Part shown: piece after piece, positions 44,299-60,355 of the stretch | How the letters are laid out: every line of letters begins with the position of its first letter | How positions within the stretch are numbered: the first letter of the stretch is position 1 | Assembly (NCBI RefSeq): GCF_009914755.1 | Contig: NC_060931.1 | Direction: 5' to 3' (one strand) | From: the human T2T-CHM13v2.0 reference genome, Homo sapiens | Length of the DNA: 64,000 nt | Made by a program: the position numbers and the translations under genes | Notes under the pieces: model-generated | What the model was told of the DNA's origin: nothing | Seen by the model: only the letters and a program-made list of their open reading frames with translations | Database searches by the model: none

Positions 44299-45349
44299 AA
44301 CAGTTGGACAACCTACACAGCATCATTTCCACTGCATTCTATCAGTCACAGCAAGTTGCAAGTCAGCCAAGATTGAAGGGGAGGAGACTGCCCACTCCTG
44401 GCTGGGTGGAGCCACATGGGTACACAGAGAAGGCAGGAACTGTTGGGTTTTTTTGCATCTTTGGATGCAATCTACCATAAAGAGCACATGGTCACTATTT
44501 GCTGAGTGAATGCAGGAGAGTTCACAAAGGCATAAAAGTAGAAAGAAAACTGAGCAAGAGAAAGGCAATGCCCTGAAGGATACTTCCTAGCTTATCACAT
44601 GGAAGGCAAGGTCTGTGCGAGTTGTCTGCAGTAGGAAGGGCCCAGTGAAGCCACAGAAGAGAACAGGTTCCCACTGAGTATGGAAAGAACATGAAACAAA
44701 TAAGAAATACGGTCAATGAAACTATCTGGGGAGGGAGGAGCTGCAGGGGTGAGGTGGAGGGGAAATTAGACTGGATCTATACAGCAAGAAACTCCAACTC
44801 TCTCTGAAAAAGTGCAAAAACCACATTTCAGGTGTACCAGCTTTTTTTAGAAGTTGTCTAGAAGGTTTTCCAGCTTTCACCCAAACGCACCTCCCACACA
44901 CACACAAAAATAGACTTCATAAGTTAATGGCAGACAAGAGCTAGCAAGGATTGATGGGGAGGCAAAGCAATGAACTGTTATGAGTATCTGCAGCATCTGA
45001 CTGAGTGTATTGAATGGCCTTCTACGGTACTAGTCATGTGTCAGACCAGACACCTGATCTCAGTGGATATGCCTCCTCAGGCTGTGAGTTCTGTTATGAC
45101 AGCATCTGACCCAGGCTGGTTAGTTTATATGCTTGGAAGTACTTGTTACAATCCAAGGCAGAAATACGATAGTCTTCAACAACAAACAACAGAGCATTAT
45201 CTTCCAATGGTACATGTAGGTTGCAATGAACAAAGCCAGCAACTCAGTAAGTGAAATGACTAGAAGAAAATAGTTCCTATTTATTATTTCATTGAATCCT
45301 CTGAAGAAGTTGAAATTTACCCATTTCATAGAAGAGAAAACTGACCCTT

Positions 45350-45602
<253 letters not shown>

Positions 45603-45929
45603 GCAGAATAGGAAACTGAGGCTTCAAGATAGAGAATTCCCCCACATTCATGCAGCTAACATGTGGAGAAGGTAGGATTTATACCCAGCTTTGCTATAGC
45701 CTGTAACATGTCATGCTGCTTCCTGGTAGGATACAGAAATTTCTATATAAAGAAAAAATCAATTAAAAAAAAGAAAGAAATTTCATTTATCTGGAAAAAT
45801 TTGTCTGAAAATATGGCCGGGCACAGTGGCTCACGCCTGTAATCCTAGCACTTTGGGAGCTGACTTTGCCCTGTCACTCTATCCTGCTGTGTTTACATCA
45901 TCCTAATGGCTCAGAATTTAGGTGGCAGT

Positions 45930-46180
45930 TACTTGTGCAACACTGGTGGGAATGTAAAATGGCACAGCCACTACAGAAACCAGCATGGCAGTTCCTCAAA
46001 AAATTAGAAAAAAATTACCATGTGATCCATCAATTCCACTTCTGGGTATATACCCAAAAGAATTGAAAGCAATGCCTGAAAGAGATATTCGTACCCCCAT
46101 GTTCACACCAGCATTATTCGCAGCAGCCAAAGCATGGAAGCAACTCAAGTGGATCCAACCAATGGATGAATGGATAAACA
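45930..46180 (+). mobile_element. L1M fragment
   Basis: ggtgggaatgtaaaatggcacagccact...gatgaatggataaaca. Confidence 0.8.
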
Positions 46181-46649
46181 GAGGGTTGTTGGAATGCAGT
46201 ATAGACATTTATGTGTATACTCTGATTATAAGTATATAAAATAACTGCATAGAGACCAACTGGAAGAGAATTTAAAACCGAAAATTGTTACCATAGAAGG
46301 GTGGTAGAATTATCAGTGACTTTTTTTCTTTTTGAAAATATTTTATTTAAATCATAGATTAAACATTATTATCAGAATGATTTAAGATCCAGGAAGCATC
46401 TCGAAATGTATTATTACTTTCCATCATAAACCCAGTTTTCAGAGATTTATAACTCAGACCTTTCTATATGTATGAGTCATAAACAGAGAGAGAAGAAGAG
46501 AGAGAAAGAGAGAGGAAGGGTGGGAAAGAGAGAATGGTCAAGCAAATGTATGCCTTAAAAGATTGATTGGTTGATTGATTAATATTTCAAATACCCTGCC
46601 CTAGACTGAGTTAGGAAATGCATAGAAGCACAAAAATGTAATAACAGGG

Positions 46650-47325
46650 AAAATAGTTTGAGGGTTCTGCAAGAAGTTTAAACACACAATTACCATAAAA
46701 CCCAGTGATTTCACTCCTAAGCATATTCCCAGAAGCATTTTAAACACATAGCCAAGCAAAAACTTGTACACGTGTGTTCATAGCAGCACCATTACCAAAA
46801 GGTGGAAACAACCCAAATGTCAATTAACCGATGAATGGATAAACCAAACATGGTATAACCATACAATGGAATATTATTCAGCCATAAAAAGGAATGAAGT
46901 TCTGATACGTGGAACAACATGAATGAACCTTGAAAACACCATGCTAAGTGCATGAAGCTAGACACAAAAGGCCACGTATTGTACGATTCCACTTAAAGGA
47001 AATATCAAAAATAGGCAAATCAATAGATAGATGAAAAGTAAATTAATGGTTACCAGGCACCAGAAGAAGAAATAAAGGGGGCGTGACCGCTTAATAGATA
47101 GGCAGGAGGTCTCCCTTAGAGGGGATGAAAATGTTTGGTGATAGACAGTGATAGTGATAGTGATAGACAGTTTTGTAACAGATAGTGACAGGGATAGTGA
47201 CAGTTTGGTGATGGTGGTGATAGACAGCGGTGATAGTTGCACAACGTTATGAATGTACTAAATGTCACTGCATCTACACTTTTAAATGGCTAAAATGGTG
47301 AAATTTATATGATGTATACTTTACT
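46650..47325 (+). mobile_element. L1MB-like 3' end
   Basis: aatggaatattattcagccataaaaaggaatgaag...acactttttaaatggctaaaatggtgaa. Confidence 0.85.
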
Positions 47326-47863
47326 ACTTTTTTTTTTAAGTGCAACACTAGGTTCATGACCTCAAGTTCATGGCCTCATAGCCAGGAAGTAGGCACCCAT
47401 GCTGAAAGACAAGAGTAGTGGCCATGTTCATGTCCACAATGCCCAGCATAATTCTTGGAATATTATAGGGACTGGAAAGATGGGACAAAGGGAAGAACTA
47501 TGGGAGGGGAGGGAGAGGGGAATGGGATAGGGGAGCCTGGCATACCTGAATTGAATTAAGTACCTTATACAAAATGTACCCTAGAGCCACATATTCCTTC
47601 TGAATAGTTTCAAGATTGTGTTCACATCTCCTGCTTAAAAAGAATGCCCTCGTTAAAGTCATAATGAGCTGCAGCCATACTCCACTCCTGAAAGTGCTGG
47701 TCACTTGATTTGAATAGATAAATTGCTTTTCCCCAGAAGCACGCAGGACAACATATAAAATGTAATTGTCAATACTAGTCCATGAGGAGTTTAAGGGACA
47801 CATCCTGGAGGGGCATGTAAGCTTTTTAGACAGTCTCTAATAAAGTAGAAAGAGTGCAGGTGT

Positions 47864-48236
<373 letters not shown>

Positions 48237-48469
48237 TTATAGTAGATCCTGAGTAACTGTACACTGAACCTTCACTAATAGGAAAATCAAGAAATCAAGC
48301 TTTTGGTTCTAGGTAGGCTGAAGTGCATGACATTAAGGAAATCACTCAACCACTCCCAACTCAGTTTTGTCCAACCATGACTAGAGGCAGCTGCATGAGA
48401 TGATCTTTAACATTCCTCTTAGCCTTTGTACGTATCATAGCATATAGATTAAGAACACCGTTTCTGGAG

Positions 48470-48660
48470 TGGACTCAGCGACATTGGAGACATCAAAAGG
48501 TGGGAGGGTGGGAAGAGGGTGAGAGACAAAATACCACCTATTGGGTAAAATGGACACTATGGGGTGATGGGTGCACTAAAAGCCTAGACTTCACTATACA
48601 ATATGTCCTTGTAACACAACTGCATTTGTGTCCCTAAATCCACAAAAATAAAAAAATTAA
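48470..48660 (+). mobile_element. L1PB-like 3' tip
   Basis: gtgatgggtgcactaaaagcctagacttcac...aataaaaaa. Confidence 0.75.
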
Positions 48661-48689
48661 ATAATTTTTTTAAAGAACACTTTCTTTGG

Positions 48690-49475
48690 AATGTCTAGCT
48701 CCAGCCCTAACTTCTTCCAGAAACTCCAAGCCTTCATTTGGTAGCCACGCATACATCTCAAAATGAACAGGGTTGAACAAAAGTTTTGACTCCCCCACGA
48801 GTTTGCTCTTCCCACTTTGCCCATCTTGGTAAATGGCACTGCTATCCACTCAGCCACTCAAATCTCATATTCCTGTGAATCCTCAATTTCACCTCACCCT
48901 TTCTATCCAGCAGCCCAAGAGCCATGCACATCTTACCTACCTGCAATCCATTCACATACTGACATCAGAATATTCTTTTTAAAATTAAACCTGATTGGGT
49001 TTCTCAACTGCTTCAACAGTTTCCCATTGAGTTACCAATAAAATCCAAACTCCCAACAATGCTACAGGCCCTACGACCCTTCCTCTGCCTTCTCTTGGAC
49101 TTCATTACCCCCCTCCCTCCAGCCTCCACTATTCAAACACACTGGTTTGGCCCCTTCCCTCATCTAGGCCTTTGCACTGGCCATACCCTTCCCATAAATG
49201 ATATCTGCTTTCCTGGCTTGCCCACAACTTTCTGATTCCAACATAAATATTACCACCTCAGTGAGTATCTCCATCACCCACCCAAATTAAATGACTTCAT
49301 CAACTCACTTTATTTTACTATCTGCATAAAACTTAGATTTTTTTCTTGCTTATTCATTGAATTATTATCCTTTTCCTTCAGAGAACTTTTTAAGTCCCAT
49401 GAGAGCAAGAACCTGTCTGTCCTATTGACTGCTATATCTCTAGCACCAAGGACAGTGACTGGAACATACTAAACG
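48690..49475 (+). mobile_element. L2
   Basis: cccatcttggtaaatggcact, ggcctttgcactggcc, ctagcaccaaggacagtgactggaacata. Confidence 0.7.
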
Positions 49476-49890
49476 TAACAGTTATCTATTGCTGTGTAAC
49501 AAACTATCCCAGAGCTTAGCAGAATAAAACAACAAAAAATGCATTATCTCACACAGTTTCTGGGAGTCAGAAATCAGGGCTACTCAGCTGGGTGGTTCTG
49601 GTTTGTCTCTCATTAGATTGCAGTTAAGATGTCATCAGGCTACAGTCATCTGAAGGTTCAATCGGGGCCTTCCAAGATGGCCCCCTCCCATGGCTGGTGG
49701 CAAGATGCCTAATTCAAGTGAGGCCAAGAAAGAAGCCACAGGGTCTTTTATGATGTAGACTTGAAAGTCTTCTACAATATCCTACTAGTTGCATAGGTCA
49801 GCCCTATTCACTGAGGAAGAGGACTGCCTCCTTGTGAATATCAGGAGGCAGGGATTGTTGGGGGCCTGCGTGGAAGCTGGCTACCACACT
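49476..49890 (-). mobile_element. MLT1 LTR
   Basis: cagttatctattgctgtgtaacaaactatccc...gctggctaccaca. Confidence 0.8.
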
Positions 49891-49944
49891 AAGTATTCAA
49901 TTAATATGCATTCATGAATAAACTCATGATCAAACACTACAAAG

Positions 49945-50242
<298 letters not shown>

Positions 50243-51392
50243 CAGCAAAAAGAAATCTGACTACTTACACTTAAATTCTAGCTCTTGCACTTGCTAGCTG
50301 AGTGGTTTTGGCAAACAAGCCAACTTCTCTAAGCCTTAGTTTCCTCATCTGTAAAATAAGATCATTGTAAGAATTAAATTATGTATTCAATGCAAAAGCA
50401 CTTAACATGATGTGGAGCATATAATATAATAAAGGCTTAATAAATGTTGGCTATTTTTTGTTGTAGTTACTATTAATTCTTGGCCATAGGCTCCTCATGA
50501 ATACTCCTTGTAAGGGTGTATCTTTCAAGGACAGGAAAATTCACTCACCTAGAAAGAAATGTTTAAAGCCTTTTGCCTGAGCCAGAAAAATCCAACACAT
50601 TTTCAAGACTGCCATGAAAACAAGGTAATTGGCAGTAGACTACCTGAAGATTTATTGAATCCACCAAGGCCACTGAAGAAAACTGAAATCTGAAAAAATT
50701 GGATCGAGATGCCAGCTGAGCACTTGCTTTGGTCACTCCTCATGCCCAGGAAAAAACAGAAAATCAATACTATTGCTAGAATATAAAAAAATGTACCATC
50801 AGCAGACCAGAAACTTTTAGGAATTCATAAAAAAGAGAGAGCAGATGTGCATAATCATACTTAGCTGATAATAATGTCAAATGGTAAAGCATTTTTGGGG
50901 GGCATTGGCTGCATGTATCAAAAATATTTAATACGCATGTTATTTATACTGTTTCCATAATAGAAATGTATCTTAAAGATGTATACTCAAACATGTACCC
51001 AAGAATTGTCTGTGTATATTTGTGTATAAGCATATTCAGTAAAATATTTTTCTGTAATTGCAAAAAAAATAGAAACAATCAAAAGTTCTAGGAGTGGTCA
51101 TCATTAAACAAATTATGAAATACTATGCAGCCATGAAAAATGATAAGGAAGCTTCATTTGTACTGACATGGAAAGTCATTTTTGAATATGTTCTCATTTT
51201 TTATTATTTCTTATTTCTTATTTATATTTAAAATTAGGTGATAAAAAGAAAGTTGCAGAAGATTGTGCAAACAATATGATGCCACTTCTGTAAAAATAAA
51301 GTCATATAGTCATAAGTAAACACAGATTATGTGTGTGTCCCTAAATGCATACAAAAAATCAGAATCTTACAAACCAACCTGTTAAAAGTGTT

Positions 51393-52560
51393 GTATCAGC
51401 CACATCCAGTAAGGAATTGGAAATCACAAAAGTTATTTGCATAGAAAGAATTTAATAAAAAGAAGTTATTAACTGGGTATAGAGTTGTTGACTAAGTAAC
51501 TGGAAGTTACCATAGTGGTAGCGACTACACAAAGCAGTAAACACTCCCAGGACTCCCAAGGCTGGGGGAACAAAGAGAAGAGGCTGGAATCATTAAAACC
51601 TTGAAGCTTCGAAAAGGAGCTACTGTGGGGTTGGGACTCTAACCTCTAAGGAGAGGAGAATGATCAATGCTGGTGTCTCAGAGTGGGACATAATGAAGTT
51701 TGTCTGCAAACACCAGAGAAACTACAAACTGAATTCAGTCACTACTACCGAAAGGATTGGCCACCGCCGGAGTAAAACAGTGCTTCTTGGATGGCACTTG
51801 GCAAGAACGGGAAGCAGAAGTCCAACAGAAGCAGACAGAAAGTTCACAAGAAGCACACAGGAAGTTCACAGAAAGCACACAGGAAATCCACAGCAAGATG
51901 ACAGGAGGTCTACTAGAAGCAGACAGGACGTCCACAGGAAGCAGACAGGAAGTCCACCAGAAGCACACAGAAAGTCCACAGCAAAGAAACAGGAAATACA
52001 TTAGAAGCACACAGAAAGTCCACAAGAGGAAGACAGGAAGTCCACAGCAAGCCAACAGGAGGTCCACAAGAAGCACACAGGAAGTCCACAAGAAGTACAC
52101 AGGAAGTCCATAGGAACTCCACAGCAAGACAACAGGAGATCCACAAGACACACACTGGAAATCCACAGGAAGCAGACAGAAAGTCCACAAGAAGCACACA
52201 GGAACTCCACAGGAAGCAGAAAGGCAGTCCACAACAAGCCACAATGAGGTCCATCGGAAGTAGACACAAAAAATCCACAGGAAGAAGATAGGAAATCCAC
52301 CATGGGCCAACAGGAGGTCCACAGGAGGCAGACAGGAAGTTCACAGGAAGCACACAGGAAATCCACAGCAAGTCAACAGGATAAGAAGCACACAGGAAGT
52401 CCACAGGAAGCACACAGGAAGTCCACAGGAAGCACACAGAAAAGAGTAATTACTTCCTCCTCTCCCCGTGCAGTCTCCCTCTAGCCCACCCTTGGCAGAG
52501 CCCTACAAAGCCAAATATGGTCTGTAGAGTCAGATCCCTACTCCAGGATTACAAAGAAGA
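51393..52560. mobile_element. Ancient LTR (LTR78/LTR52-like) hosting the 11-mer array
   Basis: tgtatcag...agaatttaata...gttattaactgggtata on the left and cagtctccctctagccc...ttggcagagc on the right resemble remembered consensus. Confidence 0.4.
51817..52440 (+). repeat. 11-bp tandem array, GGAAGCACACA alternating with GGAAGTCCACA, about 57 units
   Basis: Direct reading; purest at 52386-52440. Confidence 0.95.
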
Positions 52561-53164
52561 CTAAATACTAGAGTCAGTGACTCCATTCAGAGTCCCAGTG
52601 GTGAGGAGACTTCCTGAGGTCATGTTGACAAGACTTTGTTTGAGACTCCAGGCAGATGTATTTGCAAACTCTCAGAGAAGTGATGAGCAATTGCCTCAGA
52701 TGCAATCCATGAAGCATTCTTCAGAAGCAAGCTAGGGCTGGAAGACAGTAACTCAATTACTAGAGGTGGCACTTCTCAAAACAGCATATATTTCCATTTT
52801 TGTGAAGCCGGAAGAGTCTTTTATGTTTAATTTTTATCAAGCTGTGAAATGAGGTTTTAGCTGTGGGTGTCTCATTGATGCCAGCCGTGCTCAGGAGGCT
52901 CTGTCTCTGGAGTGTCTTTAAAATCGTGCCCCTGCAGTGTCCCCCATAGGCAAGAGCACACAGCCCAGTTGAGATGGGAACTTTTTCCTTAAAAGTTTCC
53001 TCAGAAGGTTTTATCTTTCCTTACTATTTTTTTTCAATTTCATTCATCCTATTATCTTAGGAAGCCCCATTCAGCAGCAGTGTCAGTGGCTCACCAAAAG
53101 CATGTCAAAATTAATAAAAGCTTCAGGGCAGCAAAATTGCCTTTTTGGCACTGAGGGCTGGTGG

Positions 53165-53234
53165 ACACGTGTGTGTGTGTGTGTGCGCGCACATATGTGC
53201 ATGTATGCATGTGAGTGTGTGCATGCGCGTGTGT
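53165..53234. repeat. Alternating purine-pyrimidine tract
   Basis: (gt)n gcgcgc acatatgtgc atgtatgcat...gcatgcgcgtgtgt. Confidence 0.9.
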
Positions 53235-53954
53235 CTGAAAGAGACAGAATATAAAAATAAGACTTACAGTTTTGCTTTTAGAAGACACCTGAAAAATCCA
53301 ACTAGGGTTTAAAAGAAAAAACAGCTCTTAAATTTACCTTAAAGAAATGCAGCTGATATACATCAAAATAATAATATTCTGTGAGTCTGCACCTTAAGCT
53401 TGAATCCAGTGTTGGGTTCATTTGCTTTTTTGGAAAGGAGGATAGTAGAAAACCCAGTGTTATCCACACCACAAAGCATAAAACCAATGAAGAACTAAGA
53501 ATTGTGGGAGTGGAAAGAGTTATGTTGGTCCTTCGAGAAACACCCTCTTAGTCTAAGCTTTGTAAACTGACATCCAGAGAAGATAAATAATCTATCCAGG
53601 GCCATGCAGCTGCTAAGAGGAAGAGCCAGAAATAGAACCCAGGTCTCCCTGGTCAGTGCTGTGTCCATTGCCCCACAGTGCTTTTCCATATCAGTAAATA
53701 CATATGTAACTAGATGGAGAACATGAAATGTTCACCAGGAATCCTCTTGGGGTCAGCAGGCCATGCGTTAGGAAGAAACAGCCAATGACACATTTAGAGT
53801 CATTTAAAACTCAAAAGGTAAGTTCAAGGAATTAAAGATGGTTTCCCAACTATCTTCAAATAATAGATCCTGTTAAATGGAGATTTTCCAAGTTTCTTCT
53901 CGAATATGAGAACACAGTTCAGGGTCAGAAGCTGGTACAGCTCTACTTAAGTTG

Positions 53955-54378
53955 GTGAGTATGGGGAGAAATGGGAATATTTGTACACTGTTGTGGGAAT
54001 GTAATAAATTAGAACAACCTCTGTGGAAAACAGTGTGGCAAGTTCTCAAAAAGCTAAAAATAGAACTACTATTCAATCCAGCAATCCCACTACTGGGTAT
54101 CTACCCAAAGGAAAGTAAATCATTATATAAAAAAGACACCTGCACTCACTTGTTTATCACAGCATTATTCACAAAAACAAAGTCACGGAATAAACCTAAG
54201 TGTCTACCAATAATGATTAGATAAAGAAAATGTGGTACATATATACCATGGAATACTACTCAGCCATAAAAAAGAATGAAATCATGTGTTTTGCAGCAAC
54301 ACAGATGAAACTGGAGGCCATTATCCTAAGTAAAATAACTCAGAAACAGAAAGTCAACTGCCACATGTTCTCACTATA
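53955..54378 (+). mobile_element. L1PB/L1MA fragment
   Basis: atccagcaatcccactactgggtatctacccaaaggaa...ccacatgttctcact. Confidence 0.9.
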
Positions 54379-55950
54379 CCAAGTAAAATGGAAATAAATT
54401 CATATACCTTTATTTGGGGGATCAAGAAACAAGTAAAATAACCATCTTTGAACAGGATAGTGTGACCAGAACACCACCACTGATAGTTGAAGTCATTGCT
54501 ATAGCTGCCATTAAACGTCTCCACAGATGCTTCCAAGCATAAATTCTACTTGGTTCTTATCTCTGTTTCACTTGTTTTTAGAAGCAAAGACCCAGGAGGG
54601 GGCATCCCATTGGTTGAGCAGAGGTCATATGCCACAACATGGCCACCAAGGGGCCAAAATAGAAGGTCTCCATTTTCTATAGGTAGGTGCACATTAATTC
54701 CCCAACATTTCACTCAGTGAGAGAGTTCTCCAAGACAGGAAATGGGGCTGGATGTCAGAACTCAAAAATAAAGATGACAAAGCCCTCTACAAAAGGATAA
54801 CATAGATTTGCTTTGACCTCGACCCTGTCCCTCTCTCATCCACAGTCTGTTTTTTCACAGTTGGAATTCTCAGACTTGGATTCTTTACCACAGGGTTTTT
54901 CTTCAATGGCCTTTGTGGTCGATGGGAGAATTCTGTATTCATAATCTACTAAGGCAGCAACACAGAAAATCTCTTGACCAACAGTTTCATGACCTGCCTT
55001 AAGGAAGCATTGGAGATACTCATATAGTCACAACTACACCAACAGATACATGCCTTCTTGCTATGAAAGCAACGCCCAGGGAATCAGTACATACTCAATC
55101 CCCCCAACTGCAGGCCAAGTGACTTTCAGAAAGTCAACTTTCTAAGCCCTGGATTTTTGCACCTATAAAGTAAGGTTAACAATCTCTGTCTTATAGGATT
55201 GTTATGAGAGGTAAATGCAATAACATTCAAAAGGGTCTGGCAAACTGCCTGTTACAGAGGAAGGTCTCAGATGTAAGAGTTAGTTTATCATCTTTAAAAG
55301 TTTATGAGATAGTTAGAAAGACCAGATGTATCCTTTCTGTGAGCTGAAAAGTTTTGCAACCATGCTATCCAAGAGTTTTCAAAATGGATTCAGCTGCCCA
55401 ATTCCCCTTTGCAAATTCATGGAGCCCCCAAATATAAAACAAATAAAGCTGAGCTGTTTCGGCTGAAGCTTTGAGGAGCTTGGAACCTGGCCCACTCAAG
55501 TGACCCCCCATCCCTTCATGCTCTTCTTCCTGCCTCCACACAGGAGTTGCATCTATCAGAAACTCTCAGACCTCTCTGCAGAACTGGAGCGCTCCATGAA
55601 ACACAACAGAAAACCACCATCTACTCCAATCACTTATTCTACAGAGGGGGAAAATTTGAGGTTCAGAGAGAAGTAATTTTCTCAAAGGCTTTGTAAGAAG
55701 TTCCTTCTCTATTGAAAGTTAGTCATTCCTTATACTTAAAACTCATCTTCAGGATGGATAGATAAGTAATAAAGCAAGCAGAACAAAATGTTAATGGTAG
55801 AATCCAGGTGGCAGGTGTATGCGTGTTCACTGTAACATTCTTCTAAATTGGCTAAATATTTGAAAATTTACATAATGAAATATTGAGGAAAATTTGGAAG
55901 AGAAAGCTAAACTTTGTGGTCAGAGGCCAATGAGGTTTCTAAAAAAATAA

Positions 55951-56493
<543 letters not shown>

Positions 56494-56494
56494 T

Positions 56495-56797
56495 ATTTAT
56501 TCTTTATTTTTTAGAGACAGGTTCTCGCTCTGTTGCCTAGGCTGGAGTGCAGTGGCCTGATCATAGTTCACTATAGCCTTGACCTCCTGAGCTCTAAGTG
56601 ACTCTTTCACCTCAGTCTCCCAGGTGGCTGGAAATATAGGCACATGCCACCATGTCTGACTAATTTTTAATTTTTTTTGTAGAGAAGAGCTCTCACTATG
56701 TTGCCCAGGCTGGTTTCCAACTCCTGGCCTCAAGTGATCCTCCCAGCTAGGCCTTCCAAAGTGCTAAGATTACAGGCATGAGCCATCACATCCAGCT
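56495..56797 (-). mobile_element. AluJ (tandem with the previous Alu)
   Basis: Full dimer. Confidence 0.95.
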
Positions 56798-58099
56798 GGA
56801 AACCCTTTTAAAAGAGCGAATCTACAGAAGATATCATGAGTAATTTAGAAAAGCTACAATTCCTGGACGAAAGAACCAACTATACCACTACCAAACTGTT
56901 GTAATTACTGTAGCTTTGTATTGGATCACACAATATATACATATATCAAAACATCATGTAGCACACCATAAATATATATAATTTTTGTCAATTAAAAATA
57001 TTTTAAACCCAACTATAGAATCTAGAAATAAAACTTTTATTTGAAAAAAAAGGAAAATTGTTCATAGATTTGTGTTGATAATTTTATCTGAAGTGTAATC
57101 ATCCTACACACTCACACACAGAGTACACACAAGTAAACACCCCCAGGAGGTGGTCAGGAGCAACTGAGGGCAGAGGTCCAGGTTCTCAGGCCATGTTGTG
57201 GGTGGAAAAGAGAATAATGAACACAGAGAAGAAAGAATCCAGTAATGCTTAAAAAAAAACAAATAATAGTTTCCATGTCAAAAGAACAGCTTTCAACAAA
57301 CAGCTCTCCATTTTTCAAGGAGGAAAGGAAAGTGATGGCCCTAAAAATAGAGCAAGATTATCCAAACTGAATAACATGGGTCCCAGGAGGAATAGAAAAG
57401 GTAAGTAACCTTGAAATCATAATTAAGGAAATAATTGGGGAAACATTTCCCAGATCTATAAAGAGAGCTCAGCAGACAAATGGAAGAAATGCTCAGAATT
57501 CTGGCCAGAAATGTCCCTAAAAGAAAAGTCCCAACGCCACGTAATTACAAACAGTAAAAATGGAAAGAAAGATACAGAAAGAAAACAGAATGCCAAGAAT
57601 AAAGGATAATTAATTGGGAAGAGAGTTAAGGGAGCCAGCAAGTTGTACAGAGGGGAGAGACCTGCCTTTGGAGTTAGTAGATTCAAATAGGCATCTGGCT
57701 CTCTCACTTTGTGGACATGAGGCTTATTCACCATGTTGTCTTGGCCAGCTGACACCATCTTGTTAGTTACCTCATCTATGAATGGGGGTGGTTATAACTG
57801 CTTTGTATGGTAGTCATAGGGATTGGCTGAGATAACCTACATTTGTGGTTTCCAAACATACCCAGGCTGCCCCAGGAGGTGAAGAGCTGAAAGGAGCTCT
57901 GCGGGGAGAGGGGCAGCTCCCTTCCCTGGCTCCCACCTGTCATGACATCACGTTACTCCAAATACATCTGGTTTGTATTATTAGTCTTCTTTGTGAGACT
58001 TTGTTCGCAGAGAATGTTCTATAGCAGAAAAATAGTTTGAAAACTACTAACCAGAGTGAGGGTCTTTAATAACCTGGGAAGAATGAAACTAATGTATTA

Positions 58100-59160
58100 T
58101 GATCCATTCATTCATATATTCAGCAAATATGGACTGTACCTGGAGCTGTTCTAAGCACTAAAGATTACAGTCATACAGCCAGGTGCAGTGTCTCATGCCT
58201 ACAATCCCATCACTTTAGGAGGCTAAGGCAGGAGGATTACTTGAGCCCAGGAGTTGGAGGCTACAGTGAGCTATGACTGCACCACTGCACTCCAGCCCTA
58301 GTGACAGAGCAAGACCCTGTCTTTAAAAAATAAAATAAACAGATACAGCAGTGAGCACAATTGTGGGAAAGACAGATGGTCAACACACTAATAAATATAT
58401 AACTTGTCAAGTGCCATGAAGAAACATAAAGTGAGGTCAAAGGAGTGGATGACTGATGGTGTTTTTTAGCAGGGTGGTTAGGAAAAAGACTTTGCTGATG
58501 AAATGGTATTTGAACACACATAAAAGAAAGAGGGGCCAAACCATGCAGACATATGGTGGAAGAACATTCCAACAAGCATAGGGAACAGAGGAGGGCAGAG
58601 AGGGAGAAAAGAGGAGATACATGGGCAAGATCTCATGAGACCTTGCTAGTACAGATTTCTTTCTGAATGCACTTTTTGTTTCTTCGATGAGGCCAATGAG
58701 ATGAGGATCTACTAGAGGGTTTGGAACAGAGGAAGTACATGATCTTCTTTGTATTTTAGATGGATCATTCTGAATGCTGTGGGGAGACTAGACTCCAAGG
58801 AGTCAAGAGTGTAAATAAGAAACCCATTTAGGAGGTGAGGATAGAGAGAGAAGTAGAGAAGCAGGGGAGGAGGTGGTGAGCAGGGCACAGATTCAGGATG
58901 AACTCGGAAATCAGAGCTGCAGCATTTGTTGATGGGTTGAATATGATGTGAGAGAGAAGCATCTAGGGTGGCTCTCAAGTTCTGAGCTAGACAACTGGTA
59001 GAATGGGGCTGCTGAGACAAGAAGATGGGTGGTGTAAATCTGGAGGAATTTTGGTGGGAAAAGAAGAAGAATCAAGATTTCTGTTTTGGTACCTTTAAAT
59101 GTGAGATGCCTCTTTGCAAGAAGAGATAACCAGACACTTGTAAATGCAAGCCTGGGGGTA
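58100..59160 (-). mobile_element. L2 with an inserted Alu monomer (58178-58338, +)
   Basis: cattcattcatatattcagcaaatat L2 3' end; gagggtttggaacagagg, gatgggttgaatatg. Confidence 0.75.
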
Positions 59161-59195
59161 GGGAAGAGACTGAGTTAGAGCTCAACCCATAGCCT

Positions 59196-59950
<755 letters not shown>

Positions 59951-60055
59951 GGACTTACCATGCATGAAGGGTCCTGAGTACAGGGAGCCTGGGGAAGCCT
60001 CTAGAAATGGGGACAAATGGAGAAGAGGTTGTTAACATCACTTATCAAGGACCAC

Positions 60056-60355
60056 TTTTTTTTTGAGATGGAGTCTGGCCCTGACACCCAGGCTTGAGTG
60101 GAGTGTTGTGATCTCAGCTCTCTCCAACCTCCTCCTCCTTGAACCTCCGGGTTCAAGTGATTCTCATGCCTCAGCTGCCCCAGTAGCTGGGACTGCAGGC
60201 CCACACCACCACACCCAGCTAAGTTTTGTATTTTTAGTAGAGGCGGAGTTTCCCCATGTTGGCCAGGCTGGTCTCGAACTCCTGACCTCAAGTGATCCAC
60301 CAGCCTCAGCCTCCCAAAGTGCTGGGGTTACAGGTGTGAGTCATCGTGCCTGGCC
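60056..60355 (-). mobile_element. AluS
   Basis: TSD tcaaggaccacttt. Confidence 0.95.

Noticed and set aside
47137-47237. gatag/gtgatag micro-repeat
   Set aside because: Local slippage inside an L1 3' end
51817-52440. CRISPR-like array
   Set aside because: Contiguous short units with no unique spacers, in primate DNA with no cas genes
51660-52484. Overlapping 114-195 aa ORFs on both strands
   Set aside because: Products of the stop-poor 11-mer repeat; the same peptide pattern appears in every frame
53250-53494. Cluster of minus-strand splice-like sites
   Set aside because: The implied introns are about 33 and 49 bp, too short for human splicing
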